A stretch of DNA of 64,000 bases. Origin: an uncultured bacterium. GTDB lineage: Bacteria; Planctomycetota; UBA1135; GCA-002686595. Below, piece by piece: positions 40,741 through 51,334 of the stretch (the first letter of the stretch is position 1; every line of letters starts with the position of its first letter). The DNA lies in assembly GCA_943787795.1 (NCBI GenBank), contig CALSNU010000002.1, positions 704,001 through 768,000 on the forward strand, given 5' to 3'. Below the pieces are notes generated by a model. That model was not told the origin of the DNA and did not search any database. It saw only the letters and a list, made by a program, of their open reading frames with translations. The position numbers were made by a program, and so were the translations under genes.

Positions 40741-40946
40741 GCGGACGCCTCCCCGCGGGGGCGGAGCAAGAGGTCGCGGAGTTCGCGGGCCTCCTTCACG
40801 TCCTTCGTCCCGAGGGAGACCCTCATGCGGCGCCGCGTGTGGGGCGTGGGCCGGACGGTGTAGTGGCACCACCAGGTCCCGTGGTTGTTCCACAGGTGGT
40901 GGTTCGGGTTGTCCGCGTGGACGCGGATGGCGAGTGTCGGTCGCAT
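40737..40946 (-). CDS. Small 69-aa basic protein, possible arm-type DNA-binding fold
   Basis: SD AGGGAG; NPNHHLWNNHGTWWCHYT...RMRVSLGTKDVKEARELRD. Confidence 0.7.
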   Translation of the reverse strand: MRPTLAIRVHADNPNHHLWNNHGTWWCHYTVRPTPHTRRRMRVSLGTKDVKEARELRDLLLRPRGEASA

Positions 40947-41034
40947 GATGCGCTCCCTGGTCAGAGACCCCCTGGGCGCATCAGGAAGCGAGGGGGTCCA
41001 CGGGGTGCGGACGGCTCTCGCCGGAGAACTTGTT

Positions 41035-41140
41035 CACGGGACCTCCCGTGCTCATCGACCCGCTCGAGGGTCTAACCACCTTGGCTCTCCGCGCCAGGTT
41101 GGCAGGTCCGCGAGGGGCGAACCGTTCCTGATGATGACCC
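41035..41140 (-). ncRNA. SAM-I superfamily riboswitch (SAM-I/IV-like variant)
   Basis: Minus strand: P1 UCAUC/GAUGA, J1/2 AGGAA, P3 GCCAACC...GGUGGU, P4 GACCC/GGGUC, extra 3' hairpin CACGGG/CCCGUG. Confidence 0.8.
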
Positions 41141-41239
41141 CTTCATGGCTCCGGAGAACGGATCCCTCAAGGGGCGTCCGTGTCATAAGCGCGCAGACCC
41201 ACGCGCCGGTCTCGATCTCGTCCCGGTGAGGGGCGGCGC

Positions 41240-41563
41240 TCAGTCCTTCCGGCCGCGGAGGCGCAGGAAGAGGATGAGGGGGAGGGGAGAGAGCGCGGCG
41301 ATGTAGTTCAGGGGCGCGACGCCCTCGCCCTTGATCTGGGCCAGGACCACGATGAAGGTGACCACCGGCATCATCGTCGCGTAGATCACCAGGGGGACGG
41401 GCCAGAGCGCGCTCTGGCGAGCCTTCTGGATCACGTCCAGCCAACCGGCCACCACCGTGATCACGATCATGCCCGCGAAGAGGCCCTCGGCGCTGTCGAT
41501 GAGCCCGCCCTCGTTCTGGGGGACGGCGGGGCTGGCGAGGATCGTGGCGAGCAGGGCGTACAT
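41240..41563 (-). CDS. Small membrane protein
   Basis: Signal-like N-terminus and three hydrophobic helices. Confidence 0.65.
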   Translation of the reverse strand: MYALLATILASPAVPQNEGGLIDSAEGLFAGMIVITVVAGWLDVIQKARQSALWPVPLVIYATMMPVVTFIVVLAQIKGEGVAPLNYIAALSPLPLILFLRLRGRKD

Positions 41564-41907
41564 GGGCGGCAGCGTAGCTGGGTCGGGCGGCTGGGATCGA
41601 GGGACTGGAGGGTTCCCCCCCTGAAGTCGCCTTCGCCTGGGAGGCTGCAGGGGACGCGAGCTGGGCAGGGTGGCAGAAGGCGAGACGATCTGACGCTCTC
41701 CGATCACGGGCCGCTCTGCTTGGCATGCCTTCCCTGCGACCGATGGGGGGCCCTGCGACCGATGGAGGGGCATCCGGCGACACAGGTTGAGACGGAGGCC
41801 AAGGGGACGCTGCAAGCCAAGGGGGATTCCCCTCGTGGTGGGTTCGGCCCCACCCCGAATCTGGCCGCCAAGGGCACACTGGAGCCGTGCTCCACGTCTC
41901 CACCACC

Positions 41908-43573
41908 ATGAAGTCCTCCCTTGTCGCCCTCGCCTCGGCCCTTCTCCTCCACGGGACCAGCGGCGCGCAGGTCCAGTTCGAGGACATCACCGACGCGGCC
42001 GGCCTCGCGGTGCCCCAAGGGGCAGGTCTCCAAATCGGCTTCGGTGCCGGGCTGGAGCAGCTGCAGATGACGGGTGGAGCCGCCGCAGGTGACTTCAACG
42101 GGGATGGCTGGGTGGACCTCTTCGTCACGATGCTCGATCGGCACGACGTGCTGTTCGCGAACCTCGGCGTGGACGCCAACGGCGAGCATCGCGGGTTCCG
42201 AGACGTGACGGCCCGGTGCTTCCCGGCCCCCGGGCCCGGCCCGCGCAGCAACGGCGCGGTCTTCGGGGACATCGACAATGACGGGGACGAGGATCTCTAC
42301 CTCACCTCCGTCGGCACCACGCGCTACCAGCTGTGGATCAACGATGGTGAGGGACACTTCCGCGAGCGGGCGCGCCAGCGCGGCGCCGCCGTGGAGACCA
42401 CGCGCTTTCACTCGGGCCAGAGCCCGGTGTTCGCCGACTTCGACCGGGACGGGTGGCTCGACCTGTACGTGACCGAGTGGGTCCTCATGCACCCCGCCTT
42501 CCCCGTCGCGCCGCACACGCGCCTCCTGCGCAACCTTGGCGCCGCGGCCCCGGGCCACTTCGAGGACGTCACCGCCGCGGCCGGGCTCGACCTCGGGATG
42601 GAGACGGGCTCTAGCGCCCTCGGGAACCCCACCGGCGCGTTCCAGTTCACGCCCCGCTTCTCTGACCTGGACGGGGACGGCTGGCCAGACCTGGCCATCG
42701 CAGGCGACTTTCTGACGAGCCACCTCTTCTGGAACAACGGCGACGGGACCTTCACGGAGGGGACCGCAGCGGCCGGGGTCGGGTGGCGACCAGAACGGCA
42801 TGGGCGCGACCATCGCGGACTACAACGGCGACGGGCTCCTGGACTGGTTCGTGACCTCGATCTACGACCGGGTGAACGATTGCACCCAGGGCGGCTGCGG
42901 GTGGGGTTCAACGGGGAACCGGCTCTACCTGAACACGGGCGCGCGCACGTTCGTGGACTGGACCGATCAGGCGGGGGTCCGAGATGGCGGATGGGGCTGG
43001 GGCGCCACGAGCCTGGACTACGACAACGACGGGGACGTGGACCTGACGATGACCAACGGCATCGACTGGGAGGCCCTCTCCAACGACGACCACTTCATCG
43101 ACGACCCCATGCGCCTGTGGCGGAACGAGCACGGGATCTTCACCGACGTCGCCCAGTCCGTGGGCCTGACCGCGACGGCCAAGGGCAAGGGCTACCTGAC
43201 CCTGGACTTCGACCGCGACGGCGACCAGGACCTCTACGTGGTCCACCACGGCGAGCTCCCCGTCCTCTACGAGAACGTGGGGGGCAACCAGAACGACTGG
43301 CTCCAGCTCGACCTGGTGGGCAGCGCCTCCAACCGTGACGCCGTGGGCGCCTTCGTGATCCTTCGTGCCGCGCCGGGTGCGCCCCAGCAGGTCCGCGAGA
43401 CCAGCCGCGGCAGCAACTTCCTCTCCTCGGATGAGGACCTCGTGCACTTCGGCCTCGGCCCGCCCACCTCCATGGGCACCGTCGTCCGCATCGAGATCCG
43501 CTGGCCCAGCGGTCAGACCACCGTGCTCACGGACGTGCCGCGGAATCAGCGGCTGACCGTCGTGGAGCCCTGA
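41908..43573 (+). CDS. CRTAC1-like FG-GAP/ASPIC-UnbV protein; +1 frameshift at 42781-42783
   Basis: Multiple GDFNGDGWVDL-type repeats; [13 protein letters not shown]...VHFGLG..IRWPSG; removing one G restores AGVGGDQNGMG. Confidence 0.88.
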
Positions 43574-43823
43574 GGGGGCGGGCCCGGGAAGGGGCAGCGC
43601 GGGGTGATGTGGATCGAGCCGGCGCCCTTCACCTGGGGCTCGGTGCCCGGGTGGAGCGGCCGGGGCGGGGTCGAAGGCGGAGCGTTCAGGTCGGGGAGGG
43701 CCTGCCCCTCGGCCGGGCGGGGTGGGCCCCCTGCGGGCGGGGCTCACGGCGCGAGCGGTGCCCAGGGGCCCCAGAGGGCGCTGACCTGGCGTGATCCGGG
43801 GGGAGGGGGCTAGGGTGGAGGGG

Positions 43824-45077
43824 ATGTTGGCACTCTCGGTCCTCGCGGCGCTCCTCCAAGCGCCATTGTCCGCGCCTCCCAACGTGGTGATCGTCCTGAT
43901 GGACGACATCGGTCGGGACAAGGTGGGCGCGTATGGGGATCACGCGGACGCGCCGCCGACGCCGCACCTCGACGCCCTCGCCGCACGAGGCGTGCTCTTT
44001 CGGAACGCCTGGGCCTATCCCGTATGCAGCCCGACGCGGGCCGCGCTGCTCACCGGGCGTCACTCGGACCGCACCGGGATCGGCACCATCATCGGGATCG
44101 CCGATGGCGTGCTGACGCCGCTCCCCTTCTCGGAGACGATCCTGCCCGAGGCCCTCCCCGACCACACGTCGGTCACCCTCGGCAAGTGGCACCTGCGCGA
44201 TGTCGGGGACAGCCTCACCCACCCGATCCAGTCTGGCTTCGACGCCGCGGCGGGCTACGTGGGATCGCCGACCTACTTCCACTGGACGACCCACGTCAAC
44301 GGCGTGCGCCGCAACGAGTCGGGCTACTTCCCCTCTGCCCTCGCGCGACGCGGCACGGAGGTGCTGGAGAGGCTCGATGAGCCGTTCTTTCTGTACCACT
44401 GCCCGATCCTCGCCCACTCGCCCTGGCACCTCCCGCCGAGCTACCTGCACACCCAGGAGCCCTCGACCTTCCCGCCCATCCTGCACAAGGCCATGGTGGA
44501 GGCCTTCGATCACCACCTCGGCCTCCTCCTCGCGTCGATCGACCTCGAGACCACCTACGTCTTCGTGGTCGGTGACAACGGATCCCCGAACGTCACGGTG
44601 AGTCCTCCGTGGCCTCCGAGCCACGGCAAGCGAACCCCCTATGAGGGCGGCGTCCGCGTGCCCTTCATCGTCGCCGGTCCCCGAGTGGCCCGCGGCGCCG
44701 AGTGCGATGAACTGATCCATGTCACCGACGTCTTCGCCACCGTCATGGACCTCGTGGGCCGCCCCGCTCCGCCGACCGGCGCGGAGGACTCCACCAGCTT
44801 CGCCCCGCTCCTGATCGACCCTGCCGCTGACGGAGCCCGGGACCACCTCTACTTCCATCAGTTCCCCTTCCCGGGCGCCACGTCCCAGGTCCCCGAGCTG
44901 CGCGCCGTCCGCACCAAGCGCTGGAAGCTGATCGAGCGCCCCGATGTCCCCGCCGAGGAGCTCTACGACCTCCAGGCCGATCCCCACGAGCTGGACAACC
45001 TGCTCCTCTCCAACCCGGGCCCGACGACCGACGCGCTCCGGGACCGCCTCCTCGCGCTCATGCCGCAGTTCCCCTGA
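43824..45077 (+). CDS. Cys-type sulfatase
   Basis: PNVVIVLMDDIG, CSPTRAALLTGR, GKWHL, GDNG, YEGGVRVP, ELYDL..DP.E..NL. Confidence 0.93.
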   Translation: MLALSVLAALLQAPLSAPPNVVIVLMDDIGRDKVGAYGDHADAPPTPHLDALAARGVLFRNAWAYPVCSPTRAALLTGRHSDRTGIGTIIGIADGVLTPLPFSETILPEALPDHTSVTLGKWHLRDVGDSLTHPIQSGFDAAAGYVGSPTYFHWTTHVNGVRRNESGYFPSALARRGTEVLERLDEPFFLYHCPILAHSPWHLPPSYLHTQEPSTFPPILHKAMVEAFDHHLGLLLASIDLETTYVFVVGDNGSPNVTVSPPWPPSHGKRTPYEGGVRVPFIVAGPRVARGAECDELIHVTDVFATVMDLVGRPAPPTGAEDSTSFAPLLIDPAADGARDHLYFHQFPFPGATSQVPELRAVRTKRWKLIERPDVPAEELYDLQADPHELDNLLLSNPGPTTDALRDRLLALMPQFP

Positions 45078-45805
45078 CGCGCCGGCAGGTCGGCGCGATG
45101 AACCCGCGCTGAACCCACGCGCGGCATGCGGACTCCGACACCCGGACACGACCATCGCTGGCCCCCCCCGCCCAGAGTCTTGTTTGCCATCGGTGACGGT
45201 GGGCTGACATTGTCCGCGTCTCGGGCCCCGCGAGAATGAGGGTCCCCCACAGCGGTCGCCCCTCACGGGGCGAGAGGCTTGCCCCTCGGGCGGCTCGGGC
45301 GCACCGCAGGGGGGCCGAGAGTAGACCCGGCGGCCTCACTGCCACCTCGGAGGTGGCGCCGGCGCGGTTCTGGTGTCGTGCGCTGGTGATCGGTGGCCGG
45401 GACGGGGGCAGCGGCGTCCCATGGCCCTGGCCCGGCGTCACCCGGGGGATGCAAGCGCTGTTCGGGGGCGCAACTGCCCTCTTTCGTCTGGCCCTTCACC
45501 TGCCGTGGGGTGGGGTGGAAGGCCCCGTCGCGGGCAATCTCAGGATGAGACGGCGGGTCTATGGGACATTCAGGTGAACTTAAGTCCTTTTGTACCGGAG
45601 GTTAACGGGCATATATAAGCATATGTACTTATCCCTGGAAGATAAACCCGCATGGGGATGTGGCGAACTCGCGTCCGTTCGGCAGACTCGGTAACGTCCT
45701 CGACCGCGAGGCCCACACTTCGACCGCGAAGACCTCGATCGAAGTCGCATCGCCCTCGCGCTCTCCCCACCCTCCCAACCCTGCCTCACACAAGCCCCCA
45801 ACGAT

Positions 45806-46174
45806 ATGAAACTCTTCTCTCTCCCCACTGCCCTAGTCACTGCCGGACTCGCCTCGATCGCCCTCGCCGCCGCGCCGGTCGGTACCCCGGTCGAAGCGAC
45901 CACGCTCGACGTCACCGGCGCCTCGATGTTCCACGGTCAGCAGGTCCTGTTTGACGCGAACAACGCGAGCTTTGGCAGCCAGATGTACTACGGCGGCAAC
46001 GTCGTCCAGTACGGCGGCAGCCACATGATGTTCTTCAAGGACCCTGTGACCAACGTTGACACGCGCATTTGGCTTAGGGCTGAGGATTGCGCCCTTAGAG
46101 TCCACATGACCAACTTCAGTACCTGCGGCGATATCCAGTACCTGCGACCTGGTACCAACGGGTTCCAGCAGTGA
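45806..46174 (+). CDS. Small secreted hypothetical protein
   Basis: Signal peptide MKLFSLPTALVTAGLASIALA; C-ending codon bias; AT-rich upstream region. Confidence 0.7.
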   Translation: MKLFSLPTALVTAGLASIALAAAPVGTPVEATTLDVTGASMFHGQQVLFDANNASFGSQMYYGGNVVQYGGSHMMFFKDPVTNVDTRIWLRAEDCALRVHMTNFSTCGDIQYLRPGTNGFQQ

Positions 46175-46977
46175 GCCGATCTGCTCAGGGGGATCCCGTT
46201 CAGTAATCTGAACGGCAGGTCTCTGTGCAGCCCCGCGGGGCCCACTCCTCGAAAGGGAGTGGGCCCCGCGATCATTGGTTGAGGTCGCGGTCGGTGCCCT
46301 CGGCGGCGCCCGCCGAGGCCAGGGTGGAAGGGTTGGATGGCTCAGGTCATCTGAGCCGGCGTTCGGATTGCTCCGAGCCGGTCTCTGGTTGGTCCAAGAG
46401 CGCTGTTGGGTCTCGACGGACCACGCCTTGGGATCGTGGGGGGGGAGGACCATGCCACGGGCCCTGCAGAACATGGCCAACTGGATGCCGGCGCGCTAGC
46501 AGAGCCCTGGTGGCCTCTCACTCGCCGTCCGAAATGGCTGGGGGAAGCGGCTCGTGGTCCGTTGCCCTGAAGGCTGACCGGCGTCTTGGCCGGCATTGGA
46601 ACCACCCCCCAGCCGCGACCGATGGCCCGCCTCCACTCAGGCTGCGCATCGCTCGTTGTCAGGCGAGAGATCTAGATTCTCCCAAAGACCTCGCCCGTGA
46701 GGTGCCGATGGCCCTTACGGACAAAGCCGAGCAAGCGGCTCTTGTCTTCGGTTCCTAGCGCTCAGCGATGCCGCTGCCCGTAGAGCGTCTGAAGCTCGAG
46801 GCCCGGCAACGGCCTCCGGAGAAGTCGAGACGTCGGTCCATTTCTCAGCCCGATCCGTCCCATCAATCAACTCTCGAGGATGCCTCTGGATTCAGCGCGC
46901 GCTAGGCTGAAATCACGGTTGTCCTTGCCTCCATCTCGCTCCTGCGCAGCTAGGAGCCTCCTCCGCTTTCGAGATTG

Positions 46978-48825
46978 ATGTACCGTTCTCTTCGCGATCT
47001 GCTCTCTATGGTCCCACCGAGGACTCGCTGGATGACCCTGTGGGTCGCCCTTCTGGGCATCCTCGCGGCCGGGTCTGAGCTCTTGCTCCTGCTCGGGCTC
47101 GAGGGCTTTATCGGCGCTCTCAACGGGAGCGCTTCCAGGACGGAGGGGATAGCTGGCCGCTTGGTTGGCACTCTGGAAGACACCTTCGGTTCGGGGATTC
47201 CCGCCATGGGGGCTCTTCTCGTCTTCGCAGCCATCGTCACGAACGCTCTGCGGATCGGGGCGCTCTGGGTCTCGATGAGTGTCTCCAACAGGATTGGCGC
47301 CGAGTTGTCCGCGGGGCTCTTTGGGCGGATCATCCGAAAACCGTACCTCTACTTCGCCGGGGTGCCCTCGGCGGAGATTCTCGCTGCTTCCAATAAGGTC
47401 GCCGGGCTTTCGAACGGCGTCCTGCTCCCGATCTGCAACCTCGCCACGGCGTTCTTCAGTATCGCCCTACTCGGGGCAGCGATCTTCAGCGCGTCCTGGG
47501 AGTTCGCGCTGGTGGCGCTGCTCACCGTGGGGGTCGCGTACGTCCTCGTTGGACTACGGGCTCGTAGGAGTGTCGAACGTAATTCGAGGCTCATCGCGAG
47601 GATTCTGACCGAGAAGAACAGCCTTGTGATCGAGTCTATTGGTGGCATTCGCGACGTGATCCTTGGCAACCGACAGGAACTGATGGTCTCCGGGTTCCTC
47701 TCGCTAGACCTTCGCCAGCGGATACGCATCGTGCGGAATCAACTTTGGGTCAACCTACCGCGGTTCGTCCTTGAGGCCCTTGCGATCATCTCCATCGTCG
47801 CCGCTGCATTCTTGTCCCTTCGAGAAGGGTCCTCGGGTGCCTTGACTCTGGAGGCGCTGGCGTTCCTTGGCGTCGCAGCGTTGAGGCTCTTACCGAACGT
47901 GCAGCGCTTCTACCAGTCTTGGGGACAGATCGTGTCCCAGACGGGCAACGTCGAGGACTCGATCGCGGTCCTCCGCTCGAATTCAGGGCTGGATGGAGTC
48001 GAGCAGCCGGACAACCTGAATCCAGAGAGGGCGCTGGAGGTGTTTGACTGCATGCGTTTGGCCGATGTCGCCTTCCGCTATCCGAGTGCTAGCGCGGAGG
48101 TCTTCAGCGGAGTCAATCTGGCCATCGAGCGCGGGGCGTGCGTGGGCATCTTAGGCCCGACGGGAGGAGGGAAGAGTACGCTCGTTGACCTTCTCCTCGG
48201 CCTCATTCAACCGACGAGCGGAGAGGTTCTGCTCGGCGATGAACCGTTGGGGGGTGACCTCCGGTTTGACTGGCGAGCCTGCCTGGCTCATGTTCCCCAG
48301 AGTATCTTCCTCGTGGATGGGTCCTTCACGGAGAACATCGCGCTGGGCCAGCCGGCCCGCGAGGTCGACCTCGAGCGGGTGAAGGAGGCGGCGAGGATGG
48401 CCTGCGCGATCGACTTCATCAATGCGACCCCCGACGGCTTTGACTCTCCCGTTGGAGAGCGTGGGAGCCAACTCTCGGGCGGAGAGAGGCAGCGGGTCGG
48501 CATCGCCCGCGCTCTCTACTCAGGTGCTCCGGTCCTGGTCCTCGACGAGGCAACCAGCGCGCTGGATGACGATACGGAGCGACGCTTGATGGCGAATATT
48601 CGGGAGAAGACGACCGACCTGACGCTCATCATGATCGCCCATCGCCTGAACACCCTGCAGAACTGCGACCAGCTGATTCGGGTGCACTCCGGCTCGGTCG
48701 AGGTACTCTCTAGCCTCGAAGATCTCGAACGCCAAGAGCTGGGAGAGGGCCAGGATATTGAAGTGAGCCTCACGCCCTCGGCAGTCCCGAGGCCGGACGG
48801 GCACCCGGGTGGAGGGGCAGAATGA
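46978..48825 (+). CDS. ABC exporter (TMD+NBD), PglK/HetA-like glycan-cluster type
   Basis: About 6 TM; GPTGGGKST, LSGGERQR, VLVLDEATSALD, IAHR; LPRFVLE and LRLLP motifs. Confidence 0.9.
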   Translation: MYRSLRDLLSMVPPRTRWMTLWVALLGILAAGSELLLLLGLEGFIGALNGSASRTEGIAGRLVGTLEDTFGSGIPAMGALLVFAAIVTNALRIGALWVSMSVSNRIGAELSAGLFGRIIRKPYLYFAGVPSAEILAASNKVAGLSNGVLLPICNLATAFFSIALLGAAIFSASWEFALVALLTVGVAYVLVGLRARRSVERNSRLIARILTEKNSLVIESIGGIRDVILGNRQELMVSGFLSLDLRQRIRIVRNQLWVNLPRFVLEALAIISIVAAAFLSLREGSSGALTLEALAFLGVAALRLLPNVQRFYQSWGQIVSQTGNVEDSIAVLRSNSGLDGVEQPDNLNPERALEVFDCMRLADVAFRYPSASAEVFSGVNLAIERGACVGILGPTGGGKSTLVDLLLGLIQPTSGEVLLGDEPLGGDLRFDWRACLAHVPQSIFLVDGSFTENIALGQPAREVDLERVKEAARMACAIDFINATPDGFDSPVGERGSQLSGGERQRVGIARALYSGAPVLVLDEATSALDDDTERRLMANIREKTTDLTLIMIAHRLNTLQNCDQLIRVHSGSVEVLSSLEDLERQELGEGQDIEVSLTPSAVPRPDGHPGGGAE

Positions 48826-49002
48826 TGTCGGCCAAGATTGATCACCTCAGCTCGCTGACCGAAGTCGGGACCCTGACGAGTCTGGGGCGCGAAATCACGA
48901 GCCCCCCGGCCATGACCCTACCATGCGGGCGATCGGGAGCGCCCCGCCGCGGTGGAGGACTCGCCCTGCGGGTTCTTCGGAGAGGGGGCTCCTTGAAGAG
49001 CC

Positions 49003-50481
49003 ATGCTTGATCCCCTCCACGCATTTCTTGAGGTCGCCTCCCGGCACGGAGAGATCCCAGCGATCGTCGAGCAGGGCCTGGTGACCACCTATGCGGATCT
49101 TGAGTTCCTCGCCCGCCGCTTCGCTGGGGAGTTCATACGCGAAGCCAGCGCTCATCCGAAGGTGGCCATCTGTCTGCCGCAGACCGCTGCTGCGTACGCC
49201 TCGATGTTCGGCGCCATGCTCGCCGGCGGGTTCTATGCGCCCGTCAACATCGGCGCGCCGCTCGATCGCCAAAGACAGATCCTCAGTCAATTCGATCCAG
49301 AGGTGATCGTCGCCGAAGAAGGAAGTGTCGGCGCCTACTCCAGCATCGCGGGCCGCGCGCGGGTCGTCACCTCGGACATCAGCGCTGAGCCGCTCTGTGA
49401 TCCAAGACCAGGACACGACCTCGTCTACGTCATCTTCACATCAGGGACGACCGGCAAGCCCAAGGGCGTCCGAATCCGTCGGGCCTCTCTTGGGCATTAT
49501 GCCTCTTGGGCGCGTCGAGCTATGCGGGTCCAGCCCGGTGAGCGGTGGTCTCAACATCCGAACATCGGCTTCGATCTCAGTGTCCTCGACATCTTTGGCG
49601 CATTGACCGCCGGCGCTTCCCTGTACCCGCTTCAGACGAAGATGGACCGTTTGCTCCCCGGTGCGTTCGCCGGGAAGAACCGGCTCGAGATATGGAACTC
49701 TGTCCCCAGCCTCATCGACCTCATGATTCGAGGACGATGCCTCACCACAGCCAACTTCAAGAGCGTTCGCCTGATGACATTCTGCGGTGAGCCGCTCCTG
49801 AAGAGGCACCTCGACGCAATCTTCGAGGCGGCGCCCCACGTGGTGGTGCACAACACCTACGGCCCCACCGAGGCCACGGTCTCCTGCACCCTCGAGGTCC
49901 TGGACCGTGAGTCCTACCGAGGGAAGTCGAAATCGAGCGTCGTGCTTGGACAGCCGATCGACGGAATGCACCTTCGAATCGGTGAAGAAGAGAGCGTGGG
50001 TGAGATCCTGATTGCCGGCCCGCAAGTAGCAGACGGGTACTGGGACAACCCAGAGGAGACGTCCGCGAGGTTCTTCGAGATGGAGTGCGGTGGAGAGATG
50101 CTCCCGGCCTATCGCTCGGGAGACTGGGCCGAGTTGATTGGCGAGGACATGTACTTCTCAAACAGGATCGACGATCAGGTCAAGATCCGCGGCAACCGTG
50201 TCGAGTTAGGGGAGATCGAGGCGACCATCAGCCACCTGTTCATGTGTGAGGCGTACGTCGTTGTCGTCGACGAAGAGCTTCATTGCGCTGTTACGCAGGA
50301 TTCCAAGCTCGACCTCATTGAGCTCCGCGCGAGACTCTCGGATGTCCTTCCTGAGTACGAGCTCCCTAGTTCCTTGAAGTCGCTCGATAGGATTCCGGTC
50401 AACGTCAACGGCAAGGTGGACCGTCGGCAACTGCGGGAGACGATCAGTGCGAAGCTGAAGGAGGACGCACGAGATGAGTGA
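49003..50481 (+). CDS. Stand-alone adenylation enzyme, DltA-like D-alanine--carrier protein ligase
   Basis: YVIFTSGTTGKPKGV, FDLSV, WNSVPS, FCGEPL, NTYGPTEATV, YRSGD, NGKVDR. Confidence 0.85.
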   Translation: MLDPLHAFLEVASRHGEIPAIVEQGLVTTYADLEFLARRFAGEFIREASAHPKVAICLPQTAAAYASMFGAMLAGGFYAPVNIGAPLDRQRQILSQFDPEVIVAEEGSVGAYSSIAGRARVVTSDISAEPLCDPRPGHDLVYVIFTSGTTGKPKGVRIRRASLGHYASWARRAMRVQPGERWSQHPNIGFDLSVLDIFGALTAGASLYPLQTKMDRLLPGAFAGKNRLEIWNSVPSLIDLMIRGRCLTTANFKSVRLMTFCGEPLLKRHLDAIFEAAPHVVVHNTYGPTEATVSCTLEVLDRESYRGKSKSSVVLGQPIDGMHLRIGEEESVGEILIAGPQVADGYWDNPEETSARFFEMECGGEMLPAYRSGDWAELIGEDMYFSNRIDDQVKIRGNRVELGEIEATISHLFMCEAYVVVVDEELHCAVTQDSKLDLIELRARLSDVLPEYELPSSLKSLDRIPVNVNGKVDRRQLRETISAKLKEDARDE

Positions 50482-50725
50482 TTCAGAGCGAGACCTTCTT
50501 GGTGTGGTCGTTGAGGTCATCGCGGAGCTTGTGCTTGATCGTGGAGCGTCGATCGACTCGTCCACCGTGCTGACCTCTGTGATGGACTCCTTCGGTCTGC
50601 TTGATGCAATTCTCATGATCGAGGAGCGTTCGGGAATGTCGGTGGATCTTGCGGAAATCCAGGTAGAGGGTGACCTCACGATCGGATTGCTGGTGCGAGA
50701 GGTCTTGCGGTTGAATGGTCGTTGA
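50474..50725 (+). CDS. Acyl/aminoacyl carrier protein (DltC-like)
   Basis: 83 aa, acidic, MDSFGLLDAILMIEE phosphopantetheine-site motif; overlaps upstream gene. Confidence 0.8.
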   Translation: MSDSERDLLGVVVEVIAELVLDRGASIDSSTVLTSVMDSFGLLDAILMIEERSGMSVDLAEIQVEGDLTIGLLVREVLRLNGR

Positions 50726-50728
50726 AGA

Positions 50729-51334
50729 ATGGGCGATTCCGAGAGCAGCGCCCTGATTGACATCGCCTCGATCCCTGCGGCGGATCGTGAAGGCGCGGCC
50801 GAGCTGATCATCGAGGCGTTACCCGGCTTCTACGGGCAGGAACGACTGAGGCCGGTGATGGTCTCGGCCGTGGCCAGGACCCTCGGCCTAGTTGGCACCG
50901 ACACGGCGACGGGTTTCGCCGCCGGGAGCGAGCAAGGTGTCAGGGGGGTGCTGACCTATACCAGTGCGGACAAGCTGGATCTGGCGAGGCTGGGGGGCGT
51001 CCAGCAGCTGTTGAGGGCCCTCGACCCGGACTCCCGGCGCCTCTTCAGAGAACACCTTCGGGACTATGACGCGGACTTCGCCGTGGCGCCCTCTGGTACC
51101 TGTTACCTGAGCCGTGTTGCGGTGCGGACCGAGGCCCGAGGCGGCGGCCTCGCCGAGCGCATGATGCGCCACTGGATGCAGGAGGTTGAGTCGGACCACG
51201 CTAACGGCTTCTCGCTTCACGTAGATCGGTCGAACGCCCGTGCCATTCGGTTCTACGAGCGCCTTGGGTTTGTGGATACCCTCGCGGAAGGCAAGTTCCT
51301 GCTTCTCACGCGGGAGAGGGGGGACTCTCGATGA
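50729..51334 (+). CDS. GNAT family acyltransferase
   Basis: YLSRVAVRTEARGGGLA, LHVDRSNARAIRFYERLGF. Confidence 0.88.
   Translation: MGDSESSALIDIASIPAADREGAAELIIEALPGFYGQERLRPVMVSAVARTLGLVGTDTATGFAAGSEQGVRGVLTYTSADKLDLARLGGVQQLLRALDPDSRRLFREHLRDYDADFAVAPSGTCYLSRVAVRTEARGGGLAERMMRHWMQEVESDHANGFSLHVDRSNARAIRFYERLGFVDTLAEGKFLLLTRERGDSR

Noticed and set aside
41730..41770. Direct repeat cctgcgaccgatgg x2
   Set aside because: Only two copies; most simply a local duplication
49003..50725. NRPS secondary-metabolite cluster
   Set aside because: No condensation or thioesterase domain; DltA-like signature and glycan-type neighbours fit envelope modification better
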